Shown one piece after another: positions 37,021 through 50,400 of a DNA stretch of 64,000 bases. The position numbers were made by a program, and so were the translations under genes. Source of the stretch: Vicugna vicugna (lineage: Eukaryota); NCBI GenBank assembly GCA_013265495.1, contig MU062559.1, positions 6,346,577-6,410,576 on the forward strand, given 5' to 3'. How positions within the stretch are numbered: the stretch's first letter is position 1; each line of letters begins with the position of its first letter. The notes under the pieces are model-generated. The model worked only from the letters and a program-made list of their open reading frames with translations. It had not been told where the DNA came from and made no database searches.

Positions 37021-37389
37021 CTCGGAGACAGAAACCTGTATTTGTTATGAATTCACTAAAGTGTTTCCCTAAATTCACAGACTATTTCACAGAATCCCAA
37101 AACTGGAGTCATTAAGAGATCCTTGAGATTATCTTTGTCCACTTCCATCATTTTACATTTGATGGAGTGAAGCCAGCAGCACACACCAAGCACTGTCTCT
37201 TAGAACACTTTCTTTTTCCTACATGCCTCCGTGCTGCATGAGACTACAGGTTCTGCCTGGATGTGCGGTAGAAGAACATGCTCTGCACGCCCTCCTCCCT
37301 CTCTGGTTTAAGGTGCTCACAGCGACAGGCTAGAGAAACGGACAGGCCACAACGACGCACTTCCTAGGGACACAGAGGTCAGATAGGTT

Positions 37390-37570
37390 GAACAGTAGGT
37401 CAATACCCCACTGTGTACAGAGTTTCTACCATGTCCCAAGTGTCAAAGCTCCAGACAAAGAAACAGTCGCAAGGCAATGCAATGACAATGTGGTTACAAG
37501 GATCACGCAATGACAGAGGCAGCAGAGGATGCCATGGGAACACAGAGGGGGTTAAGGCTTTGTAGAGGAG
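37390..37570 (-). mobile_element. L2 fragment
   Basis: ctaccatgtcccaagtgtc...ggatgccatgggaacacagaggggg...ggctttgtagaggag. Confidence 0.5.
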
Positions 37571-38489
37571 TCAACCCTAGAGATTGCCCTTCAAGAATAA
37601 ACAACGACTGGCCAGAGGAACACACATCGAGCAACAGCAGGGGCTTCTTCACTGATACTCCCATGTCCATGCCGGCAGAAGGCTGCTACACAAGGCAACT
37701 GGGAGGGCGGAGCAAGAGCAAAGTCCTCGACAGATGTGCAGGGCTCTTGAGTTCCTTCTGAGAACCGCAGCCTGGGTCAGGATATATGTGAGAGTGGATG
37801 TATTAGCCCTCGGAAAGCACAATGCCACACCTTCCTACTACACTGACTTCTAAGTCAGAAAAAGTACTGGCTGATTAGCAAAGCAGGACTGCTTCCTATG
37901 CATTCTTTCTCCCAACAAATTTTTATAATTTCAGAATCAAAAAAGGTAAGAATGACTCCAACACCGTGTGCATATTTACTATCTAAACGCAGCTTTTCAT
38001 GATATCAGATTTCTTTTTAGTTAAAATTATGATCTATATGAAAACCACAGCTATTATCACAGCTCTCTTCTTCCCTCTATCATTGTCTAATCACCAAACC
38101 TCTGCAGAGAAATTCAAAGGGAGCTGAAAGTAAAAAGTGGACTCCTAATTGGTTAGCATTTTAAGAAATCTTTAACTTCCCACTATTAAGGAAACGGCTT
38201 TTCCTCACATTACATACATCCATCAGGCACCAGTGACTGCAGGTCTGTGTTACTGAGACAACTTTCAAAACCAAGAGCAGAGTGGGTTAAAGGGGGACAG
38301 AGATATCTGATTGACAGGAGGTTACATTTCGTTGGCAGAAGAATAAAGAACTTGTCTCAATAGAAGATAGGAATTGAAAAGCTTAAAATATTCTTTTAAA
38401 AAAAGAATCATTGTTCTGACATCCAAAGAGGACAAATCAAATTGGTCTCCTCTGAAAAGGAGAAGGAGGAAATGGTGGAGTACTAAGTG

Positions 38490-38650
38490 CCAGTTCCATC
38501 CTTAATTAAGCTTTGTGACCTTGGCCAAGTAACAAGTTTTCTGAGTCTCAGTGTTTTCACTTGTTAAATGGCAATAACAATAGCCTTTCCTACCTCACAG
38601 CGTGGTCATAAGCATGGGGGGGGGAAGGGAAGTACATGAAAACACTGAAA
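38490..38650 (+). mobile_element. MIR SINE
   Basis: tgtgaccttggccaagtaac...ctgagtctcagtgttttcacttgttaaatggcaataacaatagcctttcctacctcacag. Confidence 0.8.
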
Positions 38651-39951
38651 AGTATGTATTATTATATGAGTTTATCCTTTTAGAGGATAATTGTCCTGAT
38701 ATAGTTGGTGTATTTAACCATTTCAGTATATTTAACCATGGTCGAAAATCACTGCTTGATGGCAGATCCAACGACCCCCAAAATACCACTGGAACTCTGG
38801 CCAATATTTTTAGGAACTTTTGGTTTCCAAGCAAATGCAGAGTTACCACACCAAGAAGTAAAAAGATACTACAGGAAAAGTACAACATAACACTAATGCT
38901 TCTGAGTATAAAGAGCATGGCAGGAGTAAGGATCCGCCAGGAGGGGCAGGGTGCTGATTAGGAAGAAATGGCCTCATCTCCTAGATGCCAGGACTTATTT
39001 CTCACTGAGGCTGGTGAAGCATGAAGAACAGACAACAGCTGGGGATTCAAGAAGGGAGTAAATCAAGCTGCTGTTACTTATGCTCCCAGAAAGAAACAGC
39101 ATGGATGGCAACAAGTGATAATTACATGAAAGCAGAAAAGATATTCTTTGCTGATTTTTCCCATTGTGATGTTAGCACACTTTCCGCCACCAGCCTCGCT
39201 CCTGCCACTTACTCGTGCATGGGCATTGGGCAGCACGAGAGCTCTCCTTCTGGATGATCCTGCTGGAAAGGAGAATGTCGACTCCTCAAGAAGGAAAACT
39301 ATTTTCCAATGTTCCCATCTTCCTTCTCCAACACTGCTACCAACGAAAAGATCTCTCACTCGGGACTGTGCACCACCACCTGGGAGCGTCGGGAAAACTG
39401 TGGGGGTGCGTTATTGATGCTTCCAATGTTTCCGCTGGGAGAAGGTGCTAAGGCATTCGGGAGGGAGCTAAGATGCTAAATATCCTGCAATTCAAGGGAA
39501 GTCCAGACGAAAGAAAAGTGCTACCCAAAATGCCACTATTGCCCCCTGTTGGGAAACAGACAACTCAGCCTCACCTCCCGAGACTCCCTCACCCATCACC
39601 TACTCTCACCCAGAGCGAGCAACCTGCTGCACCAGGCACATGCTTTGCATCTCAGTTTCCAAGCTAGCTGCCTCTGTCTCCTGGTTCAGGTCAGAACATA
39701 ATGATTTTGGCCTACGGCTGCTGAACAACTTAGAGAAAAATAGATCAAATGGAATGCAATCATCAGAATATGCTAAAAAGTAGTTGTAGATTTGACATGA
39801 GTTCTAAGGAGGAAAATACACTCTACTCCAAACTTTTCCATAGACTCCAAGAGATCACAGTGTCATTTGAACTGATGCTTAAAGTAGGTTTGGCTCTGAG
39901 TTGGGAGCAATCTCTTCAATTAAGGTCAGCTGAGAACAAGCTATATACCAA

Positions 39952-40107
39952 GGGGAGGGTATAGCTCAGCAGCAGAGTATGTGCTTAGCACACAGAAGGT
40001 CCTGGGTTCAATTCCTAGTACTTCCACTAAAAATAAATAACCGAATTACCCCCCCCCCCAATAAATAAGTAAAATTGTACACGAAAAAGTTCTTACCCTC
40101 CCCAAAA
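39952..40107 (+). mobile_element. Camelid tRNA-derived SINE (Vic-1 type)
   Basis: ggggagggtatagctcagcagcagagtatgtgcttagcacacagaaggtcctgggttcaattcctagtacttccactaaaaataaataaccgaattac followed by a C-run. Probable TSD acaagctatatacca / acaagctatgcca. Confidence 0.92.
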
Positions 40108-40199
40108 CACAAGCTATGCCAGAGAGCAAGCTGTGGAGCTCCAAGTCCGTGGGAGGAAGTCCCTGCTTTACCAAGAATACAGCTTGCAATCATGATGAT

Positions 40200-40250
40200 G
40201 TCACTCCACTTTTTTGTGCCTCTGCTTCCTCATCTGTAAAATGAGAAGCT
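40200..40250 (+). mobile_element. MIR core fragment
   Basis: gtgcctctgcttcctcatctgtaaaatgag. Confidence 0.7.
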
Positions 40251-42583
40251 AGGGAGTTGCCAACACTTGCTCCAGAGAGGCTGTGGAAGCTGCCTGCAGG
40301 ATGGGGCTGAAGAACGAATGAACACGCTGAGCTGGATGGAGTTATCCACCCTGTGACCCAGCCTTCCAGGAATGGCATGTGCTAGCCAGAACAATGTTAA
40401 TAACAATCACATTAAACAAACAAACAAAAACATAGGAAATCTGGGACTCCTTGAAGCTAGAAAACCAATCCAAGTCCCACCTACTGTTTGCCAACAGGCT
40501 CGTCTACATTTGATAAAGATTATTCTTTGTCATTTGGGGAAATCTGCTCTGTGTGTTTTCTTCATCATAGATGGATGATACTTTTTGCCAAAGAGATCTG
40601 AGGCCACAGGAATGGAAATGCAACAAGTCTTTGCACATGTCAAGAGAAACATACACATATGTACAAAGAGGCTGGTTCTGCTCAGCCTCAACTAAGATCA
40701 CGTATTCTTTAGCAAACACTTCTGTTTGATTTGCAGTCAGCTTGCTTACACAGCACTATTTGGGTTTCAAGACTTAATTTATTTGACTATATTCATTCCC
40801 ATTCCCCAACTTCCTTCAAGCACCGCAATTCGAAGTAGTGAGAAAATCCATCAAGTTCCTTAATGCAAAGAGTACTTCGGCTTTACATTAGAACTCTGAG
40901 ATTACTTTTTCTTTTAAATAATAACAGGAAAAGGCATAAATAATGTGCACCAATGTAGTTATCCTACATTTATACTCTCTTAATAAATCCTAAGAGTTAA
41001 TCAAAACGATCCTAATATGCTGATCAAATCATTGCAACTCACAGGTTACATAATGAGAGCGGTCAGGCCAACCAGCTCTCAAAGGGAATGCTAAGAAAGG
41101 CGCCCTTTCTGTTTCCAAAGGGCAACACTATTGTTGTAGGATGCCCTGTTTGTTGATTTCAGCTAGCTTGGTACCATATACCCTTTCTCTTCCAAGTAGG
41201 TCTCAAAGGCCTGGTAAGGAGCGGACATTGGCATTTGCACTGATTTATTTTGGTTGAGAACGGACACATAGGAAATGGTAGAGAGACTTGTTCCAACCCA
41301 GGCAATCTTTCTGCTTTCATAAGCCCAGAAAGATACTAAAAATGAAGCAACAGAACAAACAGTAGATGATGATGTCAATAGAAGAAAATGAGGCTGATTA
41401 GACAATTTCACATGGCAGAAGTGGTATTTAAATTTTGGTTGTGTTGGTTTTAGGTTTTTCCTTCTTGAAAAGGAGTTCTTTTCGCACGTGTTTGGTACAG
41501 TGGCAAACACACAATCAAAGAATTTAATTTTTATTTGTTTTGCTATCACTCCTAAGGTTTCTTCTTGTCTCATGTTTCAGCTTGCTTTTCAAGCAGCTCA
41601 AAATGAAGATGTCTGAATCCAGACCTCATGATCATGTAGCTTCATTTGTTTGAAAGAAAAAAGAAGAAAGAAAGAAAGGAGAAACATAAGTAAACACAAT
41701 AGTTCATAGTTACTGTATGAAAAAAAAAGGCCACTGATTGACTATATCAAGATTTTAGAAATACACTTAGATACTTGGGCAATAGGTCACAACTCCATGC
41801 TTCTTAATTACTCTAGCAGGCAGTTTAATTCTGCAAAGCAGGCAGGCACCTACTTTACATTATCCACAAATTCAGTAACTATCTGGATAGAATGCTACAA
41901 GCTGTGGAAAAAACCTGGCCACAGGTTTGAGGGGGTTTACATGGTCCGAAGAACAGGGATGCATTTAATGAATGCCCTCTCTTGGCAGGAAGAAGGAAAG
42001 CTGACTTTTTATGGTTTGAGGCACCTCTGTCTACACCTCCCAAGTCCACTAGGGAAGGAATGGACACATCTGGCTCTAGAAAACTCTTCTCCAAGACCTA
42101 ACTTCTCTTGGGATTCCCCTAAGCTTCATTCCAGGATGTTTCTGGACAGCTGGCAGGCTAGAATTGAACCTTGCAGAAGTTGAGCTTTCATTCCAATTTC
42201 ACTGTAACACTGCAGCATCTGATCTAATCCCTTAAAGGCTCCCTGAGTCTGGTCCTAATCCCCCTCCTAAAATATAACTCAGAGGAGATGTGAGTATAGA
42301 TGGCAACATGGTCTATTTTTCTGCACAGATCAACACAGAAGGATCATGGTGAATTCAGCTTTAATGTCTATTTTCTTAGCAACTGATACCCCTGGGGCTG
42401 TAGAACAGAGCTAAATGGAGTAAGTCATATAAGCAGGCTGATTTGATTTCGTTATTAATTCATCTTTACTTAACCTTGGCTGGGGCCTCAAAAAAAGTTA
42501 TGATGCTCAGCAAAACTTCTGCACTCCATCCCATTTTCTAGATAACTGTAATAGGATGTTTTCTTTCTTCTTCTACTAGAGAT

Positions 42584-42750
42584 TAGTGGTTGTAATCAGG
42601 AGCAGTATCAACCCCCAAAGGGAGTTTGAAAATAGGCGGGGAACATTTTTGGTTATTGCAATGGCAGGAGGGGAGTGGCTCATGGTACTTAGTGATGCTC
42701 ACCTGGGCAGCCCCACACCACGGGTCTCACAAAGAGCCTACGCCCTGAGG
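42584..42750 (+). mobile_element. MER20-like hAT-Charlie MITE, degraded
   Basis: tagtggttgtaatcagg...cccccaaagggagtttgaaaat...acatttttggttattgcaatggcagg...ggtacttagtg. Confidence 0.6.
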
Positions 42751-43169
42751 GTATATGAGGATCCATTCTAGAAAGTGGTGAAAAACAGGGTGCGTCTGCC
42801 AACAATCATGGTATTGGCACAGATCCTGTCATGTGGGACTGGAAAAGGAGGAAGCCACAGAAGCAAAGACCCTATTGGCCCTTCTCTTCCCACCCAGGCA
42901 GTCCCAGAGGACAAACGCGAGGCAGCCAGAGGGGCAGATCGCTTTCTACTTCCCTCTCCACCTGAGTGGGAGCAGATAGCAGACTGGGGGGGGGGGAAAG
43001 AAACTCGAGGAAGAACATGAACAAACTCCCCTGTTGGCTGATGTCTGCCAAGTACTGAGATAAAATGAAAATCTACACTCACAACATGGCTGCCAACACA
43101 CCTTTGTAGATCTCCACATCACAGGCCAACACTGTGGCTATTGGCTGGAATGCATCCATCAGCAAGTAT

Positions 43170-43300
43170 TTACCAAGCACTTACTATATGCCAAGCATAG
43201 CAGCACACATTAGCAATACATACGTTGTGGAGGGGTGGACAGGACACACTCAAAGGCCACAGTAAGAACTCCAGCTTTTACTCTGAGTGAAATGCAAAGC
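43170..43300 (-). mobile_element. L2 fragments
   Basis: catccatcagcaagtatttaccaagcacttactatatgccaagca and gcttttactctgagtgaaatgcaaagccactg. Confidence 0.65.
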
Positions 43301-43621
43301 CACTGTTAGAATGGCAACCGGGAATGTATAAATACACAGACAGCTACCTGTGTAGAAATGTGTACATAAAAATGACTGCAACTTTGTCTGCTAGGGACAA
43401 ACAACTCAGTGGTATCCCCATGACCATGAAGCAGAGTCCCCAGGGCCACTGCCTGCCCCTGTCTAGGTACTGTTCATCCCATTTCCTCACAGAACCAGGA
43501 CAGGGCAACCAGCAATGTCTGGGGAAGCTCTGGAGGGAATCGCCCCCACCTCCTCCTGAACTTGTGGGCAGCTGCTGTTACAATCACTACCATTCTAGGA
43601 TGGTGTTAAATTAGCCAGTTT

Positions 43622-43640
43622 AACAACAACAACAACAACA
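43622..43640. repeat. (AAC)6 microsatellite
   Basis: Seen directly. Confidence 0.9.
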
Positions 43641-44234
43641 GAGAGCCCCACACAAATGTAGCTTCCAACGGTACATTCATTTTTATTAATTGGCTCATTT
43701 AACACTGCCGTAGAACTGTAGTAAGATGGTAATCAGCAAACACGCCAGTGTGCTGCACACTGTCTCCATCCCCGTACCCTCAACTCACACCTCTGGTCTG
43801 ATTCCCTGCGTGTGCAGAGCATCCAGGTAGCCAAGAAGTTCCAGTCTGTACCCCTGCATGCTGCCTCTGGGATGCTGAGCCTAATGCATTTGGGACAGGC
43901 TAGGGGAAGGTGGGAGGGGCGACTGTGGTGGCCAGAAGCCCTGCTTGCCTCTTTCACAGCAGAGCAGACAGAGGTCCGGAGAACAGGAGAAGGCACTCTG
44001 GATACTTACGGATGGAGAAAACGAGGTAGAGTAGCCAGTCTAAGACAATGAGTTACATTTATCCAGGGGCTTCACACAGACTTGAATCTCTATGGGAAAC
44101 TGGAACCCCAGGCTGACGGGATTGTTACCATGCCCACCAACCCTGACACTTGAGGAGTAAAGGGCTTCAGGGTTAGTCCTGTCCTATTTCTTCTTCTCAG
44201 AGCCACCACACATGGCCATGCTGCCATGCCCTGA

Positions 44235-44405
44235 TTAATTCCAGGTGTGCAATTTACACAGCCAACTGGTATCAGTATCCTCATCTAAGAAATAGGGTGA
44301 AAAGCTAAAATGCATTATAGGGTTATTATTCATGTTAAATCAGATAATTTACTATTTAATAAGCACCTACCAGTGTTGGTACACAGTTAAGTGCCTACTA
44401 CCGTA
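44235..44405 (+). mobile_element. MIR SINE
   Basis: tcagtatcctcatctaagaaataggg...catagggttattatt-like 3' part...aagcacctaccagtgttggtacacagttaagtg. Confidence 0.65.
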
Positions 44406-45369
44406 ATTCAGAATCCTTTTTGACCTCAACCCCTGCGCAGCAAAGACCAGTGTGATTTGATAGGGAGGAAACTTCTAAAAGGCAATCTGAACCTTTGATC
44501 TGGACTGGACTGGCCTCACACTACTGGCCTTTCAGCAGATTCTGGGGTCTCTCGGTTCACCGTGTACCCTCCTGTCCACCCCCCAGCCTTTAACACAGAT
44601 GCCTGCACGAGCTGCAGAAGCAGCCGAACACTTGCTGATCACAACCCAATTAACTGCAGCCATCCTCTCATCACACAGTTCTTAGTAAGAATCCTGAGCA
44701 ATCCTTTTCTGGATGATCCTCTGACTACACCACCAAGACCGGCAAGGACAAGCCCATGATCTTGCTGCTGTTTAAAAGGTACAGGCCAAGTGGAACAGAT
44801 ACAACAGCCTTCCATGGAACAGGATGGTCAGATGCAGACACTTAGGAGGTCATATTCTCAGTCCCGGTTTTAAATCGAGATGGCAGCTGTGGCATCAGAA
44901 CAAGATGAGGGAACGAGTTTCAATTTGTCAACGGCATTTTCACAATGAAATGGCCGTCTCATCGGCTGCCACCTACGCAGGACCAGTGCCTCAAGGCTGG
45001 GGCTCCACCAGGACAAGGCTCCACCAGGATGCTGAGAACCTCAGCAGGAGAGGACAGTGTATTACCACTGGGCCCAGACACGATGCTACACTGTGTCCTA
45101 CACTGTGTGGTCCTACACTGTCACCTCTCCATTCCGTTGGCTCAGAAGCAGCAGGGACAACGTGGTTAAGATACCTTTGATGAAAAACTATACCTGGACT
45201 TACTTTTAGGGGAGCTGGGGGTAGAACTATAGGATCATGCATTTTAATGACGTATTTCCAGTTCCCCTGGCTGCTCAACAATGAATAGACTGGTAAATGC
45301 TAGGTTTCTATATGGCCTCTCATGTAGAGTTTCCTTGTTCAGGGAAATGGTCCTTATTGATTTAAGGCC

Positions 45370-45570
45370 CACTATGAACTCAGCAATATTCCAGGTGCTA
45401 CGTTTCCCTCTATCACAGCACATGAAGCAGAAAGAAATCCCCACCTTCATGGACCTTACATTATAAGTAGAGGGAAAAGATATTAAACAAGTAAAGTGTA
45501 TAGTGTGACAGGAGGTGACGAGTGATACGTGGTAAAATAACCAAAGTAAGGGAGAAAGTGCCAGGGAGAA
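45370..45570 (-). mobile_element. L2a 3' region
   Basis: gaaagaaatccccaccttcatggaccttacattataagtagagggaaaaga...aaacaagtaaa. Confidence 0.8.
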
Positions 45571-46014
45571 GTTGCCCCCAAAGCACACACACGTGCACAG
45601 ACACACACACACGCACCATCAAAGCGTGTGGAGTGGAGCGCTCAGGCCGGGGATGAGGAGGTGACCTGTCCCAAGTCATGGTTTGTTCCCATCATCAGAA
45701 CTCAGCAGCAGGCCAGTCATGGTCACTGGCACACCAGGACACATCCCCCTGGACTCGGCTGATGCTCCAGGCCCTCCACGGGGCTCCTCCTGGTCACTCT
45801 TTCTCACACAAACTTCCACCTTCTATAACCACGTCCTCACTATGCTACCTTGAAAATTTTCGTCCAATTTAGCAAGCACACCATCTTCTCCAAATGGACT
45901 TGACACTCTGATGGGTGCCACCTGGGCTCAGCATTGCAGGAAGCCCTCAGTCATGGAGGAAGGAGATGGGAAAAGAGACCTCGCAGATTACCCTGTGAAA
46001 ATTTTGTACACTGC

Positions 46015-46550
46015 TCTGCTCATTCAGCATGCACAGACCACGTACCTGCTCCACCCCCAGCACTGCGCTGAAGACTGGGCACCCAGAGAAGAGTAAGGAA
46101 TACACAGGCTAGTGGAAAAGACAGACATGTCTACACAGATAATCTGGATGCTACACTGAGGTTTCCTTGAGAGTACATACCTAAGCTGGGCTTCTTGGGG
46201 TGAAGGGGTGACGAGGAAAGGAGAGAAGGGGCCAGGTACTCCAAGCTGGGAGAGCACAATGTGTAAAAATCCCTCAGGCCAGCATGGCTGGTTCTGGACA
46301 TTTCAAATGCCTCTGATCAGGAAGAGGGCTTGGTGGGGGTGCAGTGAAACAAAGATATAAAGATGAAGAAGGCTCAGATCATGAAGAATCTTAAATGCCT
46401 TACTCTGAAGGCAAAAGAACCACTGAAAAGTTATAAGCAGAGGAAATGCCATGAGCAGAAATGCATTTTAGAAAGGACTCTTATAAGGCGGAGAGACCAG
46501 AAGGATCATGAGCACACAAGCAGGAAGATTCATTAGGAGACTGGAATCCT
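46015..46550 (-). mobile_element. LINE L2 3' region
   Basis: ccccagcactgcgctgaagactgg..., tccaagctgggagagcacaatgtgtaaaaatccc, ggctcagatcatgaagaatcttaaatgcc, gaaccactgaaaagttataagcagagg. Confidence 0.8.
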
Positions 46551-47399
46551 GTCTGGGAAGGAAGATTAGAATGAACAGATTCTACAAACTGTGCAGATTC
46601 CTGATAATGCACCCAAGAAATGGGATGGGTGTTGGTCCCCAAAAGGCTGGTCTCAGAAGCTCAAAAAGAGTCCTAAATTTCTGCTCAATCACAGATTCCC
46701 AAGGGCCAGTACCAAGGACAATATAACAGCAGAACTTGGCTTGTCTTTTGTCCAGCTCTCTCTCCACTCACTTTTCTATTTTAATCGCCATTAAATTTAC
46801 CAGTCCTATATTTTAAGGACAGAGAAACAGACAAGTTAATCCAAGTTAGTGAGGGCCCTTGCATAAGACATGGAGATCAAACCAGGTCTCTCCTGGCTCT
46901 CTGAGTGGGCAGGGACGAGGTAAGAACACAACAGCAGAGGAGTCAGGCGCAAATGCTGGCCACGTTTGGACGATTAAAGCGATTACCCATGTTTCAATGT
47001 TTCTATTTTCACATAATCATCAACAGCCATGTTATTTCTTTGAAACAAACAAACAAACAAAACCAGATAAAGAAACCACCCAACCCTGTTTTAAAAAAGA
47101 GTCTATACAGTTTTAAGGAAAAAAAAAGGAGAGAGAAAGGGAGGGGATGCCAGGAAGGCGGTCAGAAGACGCTTCCTTGAGGAGGGCTATCAGGACCTGC
47201 ATTTCCCTTTCTCCTGTTTTAAGTCCCAGATGATTTCCATCCAAGTCTCCCTCGTCTGTATAACCACGTGCCACCCTCCTCAGGGAGTGAAGTGGCTTCC
47301 CAGGGACTGGGATGGGGACAGAGCCCCGCACTGGGGCAGGATGAGTGATGGGAGTGCTCTCTCCGCTTGCTCTCGAGATAAGGTGCCGCTCTCCCTGGG

Positions 47400-47650
47400 A
47401 GACACAGGCAGATATATATCAGGGCCCTAACCAACAGAGATAAATGTCGTAACTCCAGCCTCTGTCCATAAACATGCAGCGGCAGGAACAGCCTTCAAGA
47501 GCCCACTGTGCCCAGGGTTTAGTGGGCTTCCTTACTCGCTCAGGTGCTGAAAAGTGCTTTTAGGAGGTGGTAAACAGGCACATTATGCAAACTCAGGGAC
47601 TACCAAAGTAAACAATGCATGCTCGTTACGTGGATGTTGCCCACAGGGAG
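47400..47650. promoter_or_regulatory. Candidate enhancer (POU-like + FOX/SOX motifs)
   Basis: ATGCAAAC (47585) followed by overlapping GTAAACAA/AACAATG (47608-47617); GATA motifs upstream. Motif evidence only. Confidence 0.3.
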
Positions 47651-48444
47651 AGGCTCTACTGAGCGGAGCGGCGGCTCTGGGGCCAGTGTCCTTCACACCA
47701 GTGCCAGCTGTGGAGGCAGGGTCAGAGATCCTCCACCTGCACAAGCCCACTGCAGGTACAGGGAGGCTCGTTCTGATCAAGCCGAGAGTCTGAACAGGAG
47801 ACCATGATGCCTCTTCTCTGACTCTGCTGCCCGTCATTCCCTAGAGATTTAGAGACGTCTTGGGTGTACCCAGTAGGCGCCTTCTCGGTGCAGCACTCTT
47901 TATGATTACGGTGGTTAGCCTTTAACCACCTCCCATCACCTACTCCTGCCTTAAGCCCAGGCCATCAATTTGGCTTTTCATACAAAGCTCTGCTCCTAAA
48001 CAAGCAACTGGCTCATCTCTCCAAATCAATGAAGCTCTCCAGCTCCCCGGAGAGGGATATATTAAGTATCAATCATGTGTATTATTTTACAATATAATTA
48101 CTTCGGCAATTAATCCATAAAAAGTATTGCTTTCCAGATCCTAACTTCTGCCAATACAAATACAAAGCTCTTGGAGAGTGGTCACATGGCTGGAGACTGA
48201 GTTTCCAGGGGAAGAGAGACAAAGCTGAAGACATAAGCGACGGAAGGATGAGATGACTCTCCCCGGAGCCACTGCTTCATCATGGAGAAGAAATCAAGCA
48301 GAATCGAGGGAAGGACTGACCATTTCAGATGACAAAGGCTCCTGGCTCTCATGAGGCTGATGGTCTGCATCTAGCAGGGAGTGAAGATTCATATTTCCAT
48401 GAGTAACATCTTCACGGCAACTCCAGGCAAAAACCCATGCCGTG

Positions 48445-48510
48445 AAGGGGGGCTATAGTCTTGTTCACTGCTGTGTCCCCAGAACACAGTTCAATAAATG
48501 TTTGCCAAAG
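48445..48510 (+). mobile_element. L2 3' terminus
   Basis: gtcttgttcactgctgtgtccccagaacacagttcaataaatgtttg. Confidence 0.75.
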
Positions 48511-50144
48511 GGAGAGGAGGGAAGGCAGGTTGTGCCAGACTCACTCCATCGAGAGGCACTCACCTAGCTGCCCTCCATACTTTCTCATCTCCATCAATCA
48601 GCCAATTCATCTCTGCCTACAATACTGAGAGGTACTTATAAGACAGTGTATTTCTAAAAGTCAATCCCATTTCCCAAACGTCACTGCTGTCAAGTTTTTC
48701 CGTAACTGCCTCACAATAATCTAATTAAAAAGGGGGTATCAACACTTACTATTTAAACGTTCCTTCCTCTCCCCTCTCCATCTCTTCGGTGGAGGAGGAA
48801 TGGTGAAAAGGCTAAGATGAGAGCAGCAGCAAGAGAGAGCAGAGACGGAAGTGATAATTGCCCAACAGAATAAGCAGCCTCTGAATAAATGAAAATTAAC
48901 CAGATTTGTTTTCCAATAGCTTCAAAGCTAAGTAAAAAGAATTCACCGACAGGATGAGGAAAATATTTCATTTCGTTTGAAGCATTTAGGACTTCTCCTT
49001 GGTGTTTCTTTTACTGTCCCCCAAACGAACATTATGACAGCAAAATTAAATCACAGGCAGACAGAGTTAAGAGAGGTTAAGTGAGTAATCCCCGTGAATG
49101 CAATGAGCACAGACGCTGGTTCGTCAGCCCCCCAGAAAGAAACTCCCAGCCCGCCTTCCTTTCCTATTAGCGGGAAGAGGGAGAGAGAAAAAAAAATTAG
49201 GAAACACAGAAGTATCTCGGATAAGTAAAGAGGAAATGGAATCAAAACTGTAAAACACTGGAATAGGAATCATGGATGAGAACTGTGTGTGGGAAGTCAA
49301 GACGAAGGAGGAAAAGTTCAATGGGAGGGAACATTCTCAGCACATGGCCCTCTGCTCCCATGAGCAGACCTCAGAGGCCGGTGGGTGAGGAAATGCCAGA
49401 GTGGGTCAAATACCTCATCACAGATGCCTTCTTTTTCAACTGCAGGATTTTCTTATCTGTGAGATCATTACCCATATGAGGAAAAAAGGTCAAGATACAG
49501 GGATAAAGATGTTTTACAAGCATCTACATAAATAAAAATGTTCTAGTTAATTATGGGCCTCAAAATATTGGGTATCTAACACTCTCAATTTTGATAATCA
49601 ACCTCAGAAAAAAATCTGGATTGTTGTAGCCTGTCATGTCAAAGATGAGTTACTAGCATGCAAAGCGAAGGCAAACAGCCATAAAATCTAACAGGGCTGC
49701 TTTCCTCGGTGGCTGATGGATCTGCTTCGGAATCTCCAGAGGCTGTGAAGGCCATGGGTCTGAAAAGATACAGGAAAACTGCGAGTTCTTAATTTTCAGC
49801 CTAGAGCTAATAGTTTCTCAGTCAAGTTGGCTTTCTCCGGTTCCCCGAGCTTGTTCCATCAATTTGCACCTTCTGTGGCTGTTGCCTGCCCCTTGGAAAC
49901 CAGTGATGATCTCTATTTATACACAGTCTTGGTTCCTGGAGGTAGAAGAGTCTCAAGAGAATCTTACAGAGGCGTGTTGTGCCATGAATACAACCACAGA
50001 ACAAAAATCCACGTGTATCTTAGAGGTGAGTGCAAAGAGAAACGAAGATCAAAGGGTGCCATACGGTGAACTTGTATGTTAGACTGTTAGCGCTATTTTC
50101 CACCAAAGAATGCACGGCTCCCAAAGTAAACAGAATTTCCACCT

Positions 50145-50400
50145 GGTCCACAGATGTTTTTTGAGTGCCTACCACGTGCCAGGGACTGTTAGGCACTGGG
50201 TGGGGTACAATAGGGGAGAAGGTCTATATTCATTAAGGACTTCAGGGGAGCATAAGGCAGGGAACTCTCGGCAACTCTGGGAACACATAATAAAGGGGAA
50301 GGGCTTACTCTACTCCAGAGTCAGCAAAGTTCTCTGGGGAAAAGAGAAGAGATGGATGAATAGAAGCCGGCTGCTTCGATGTGGCAAATGTGGATTTTCC
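50145..50400 (-). mobile_element. L2 3' fragment
   Basis: cagatgtttttgagtgcctaccacgtgccagggactgttaggcactggg. Confidence 0.7.

Noticed and set aside
45086-45121. Short spaced direct repeats reminiscent of a CRISPR array
   Set aside because: Mammalian DNA; 9-bp units with no unique spacers; simple slippage duplication.
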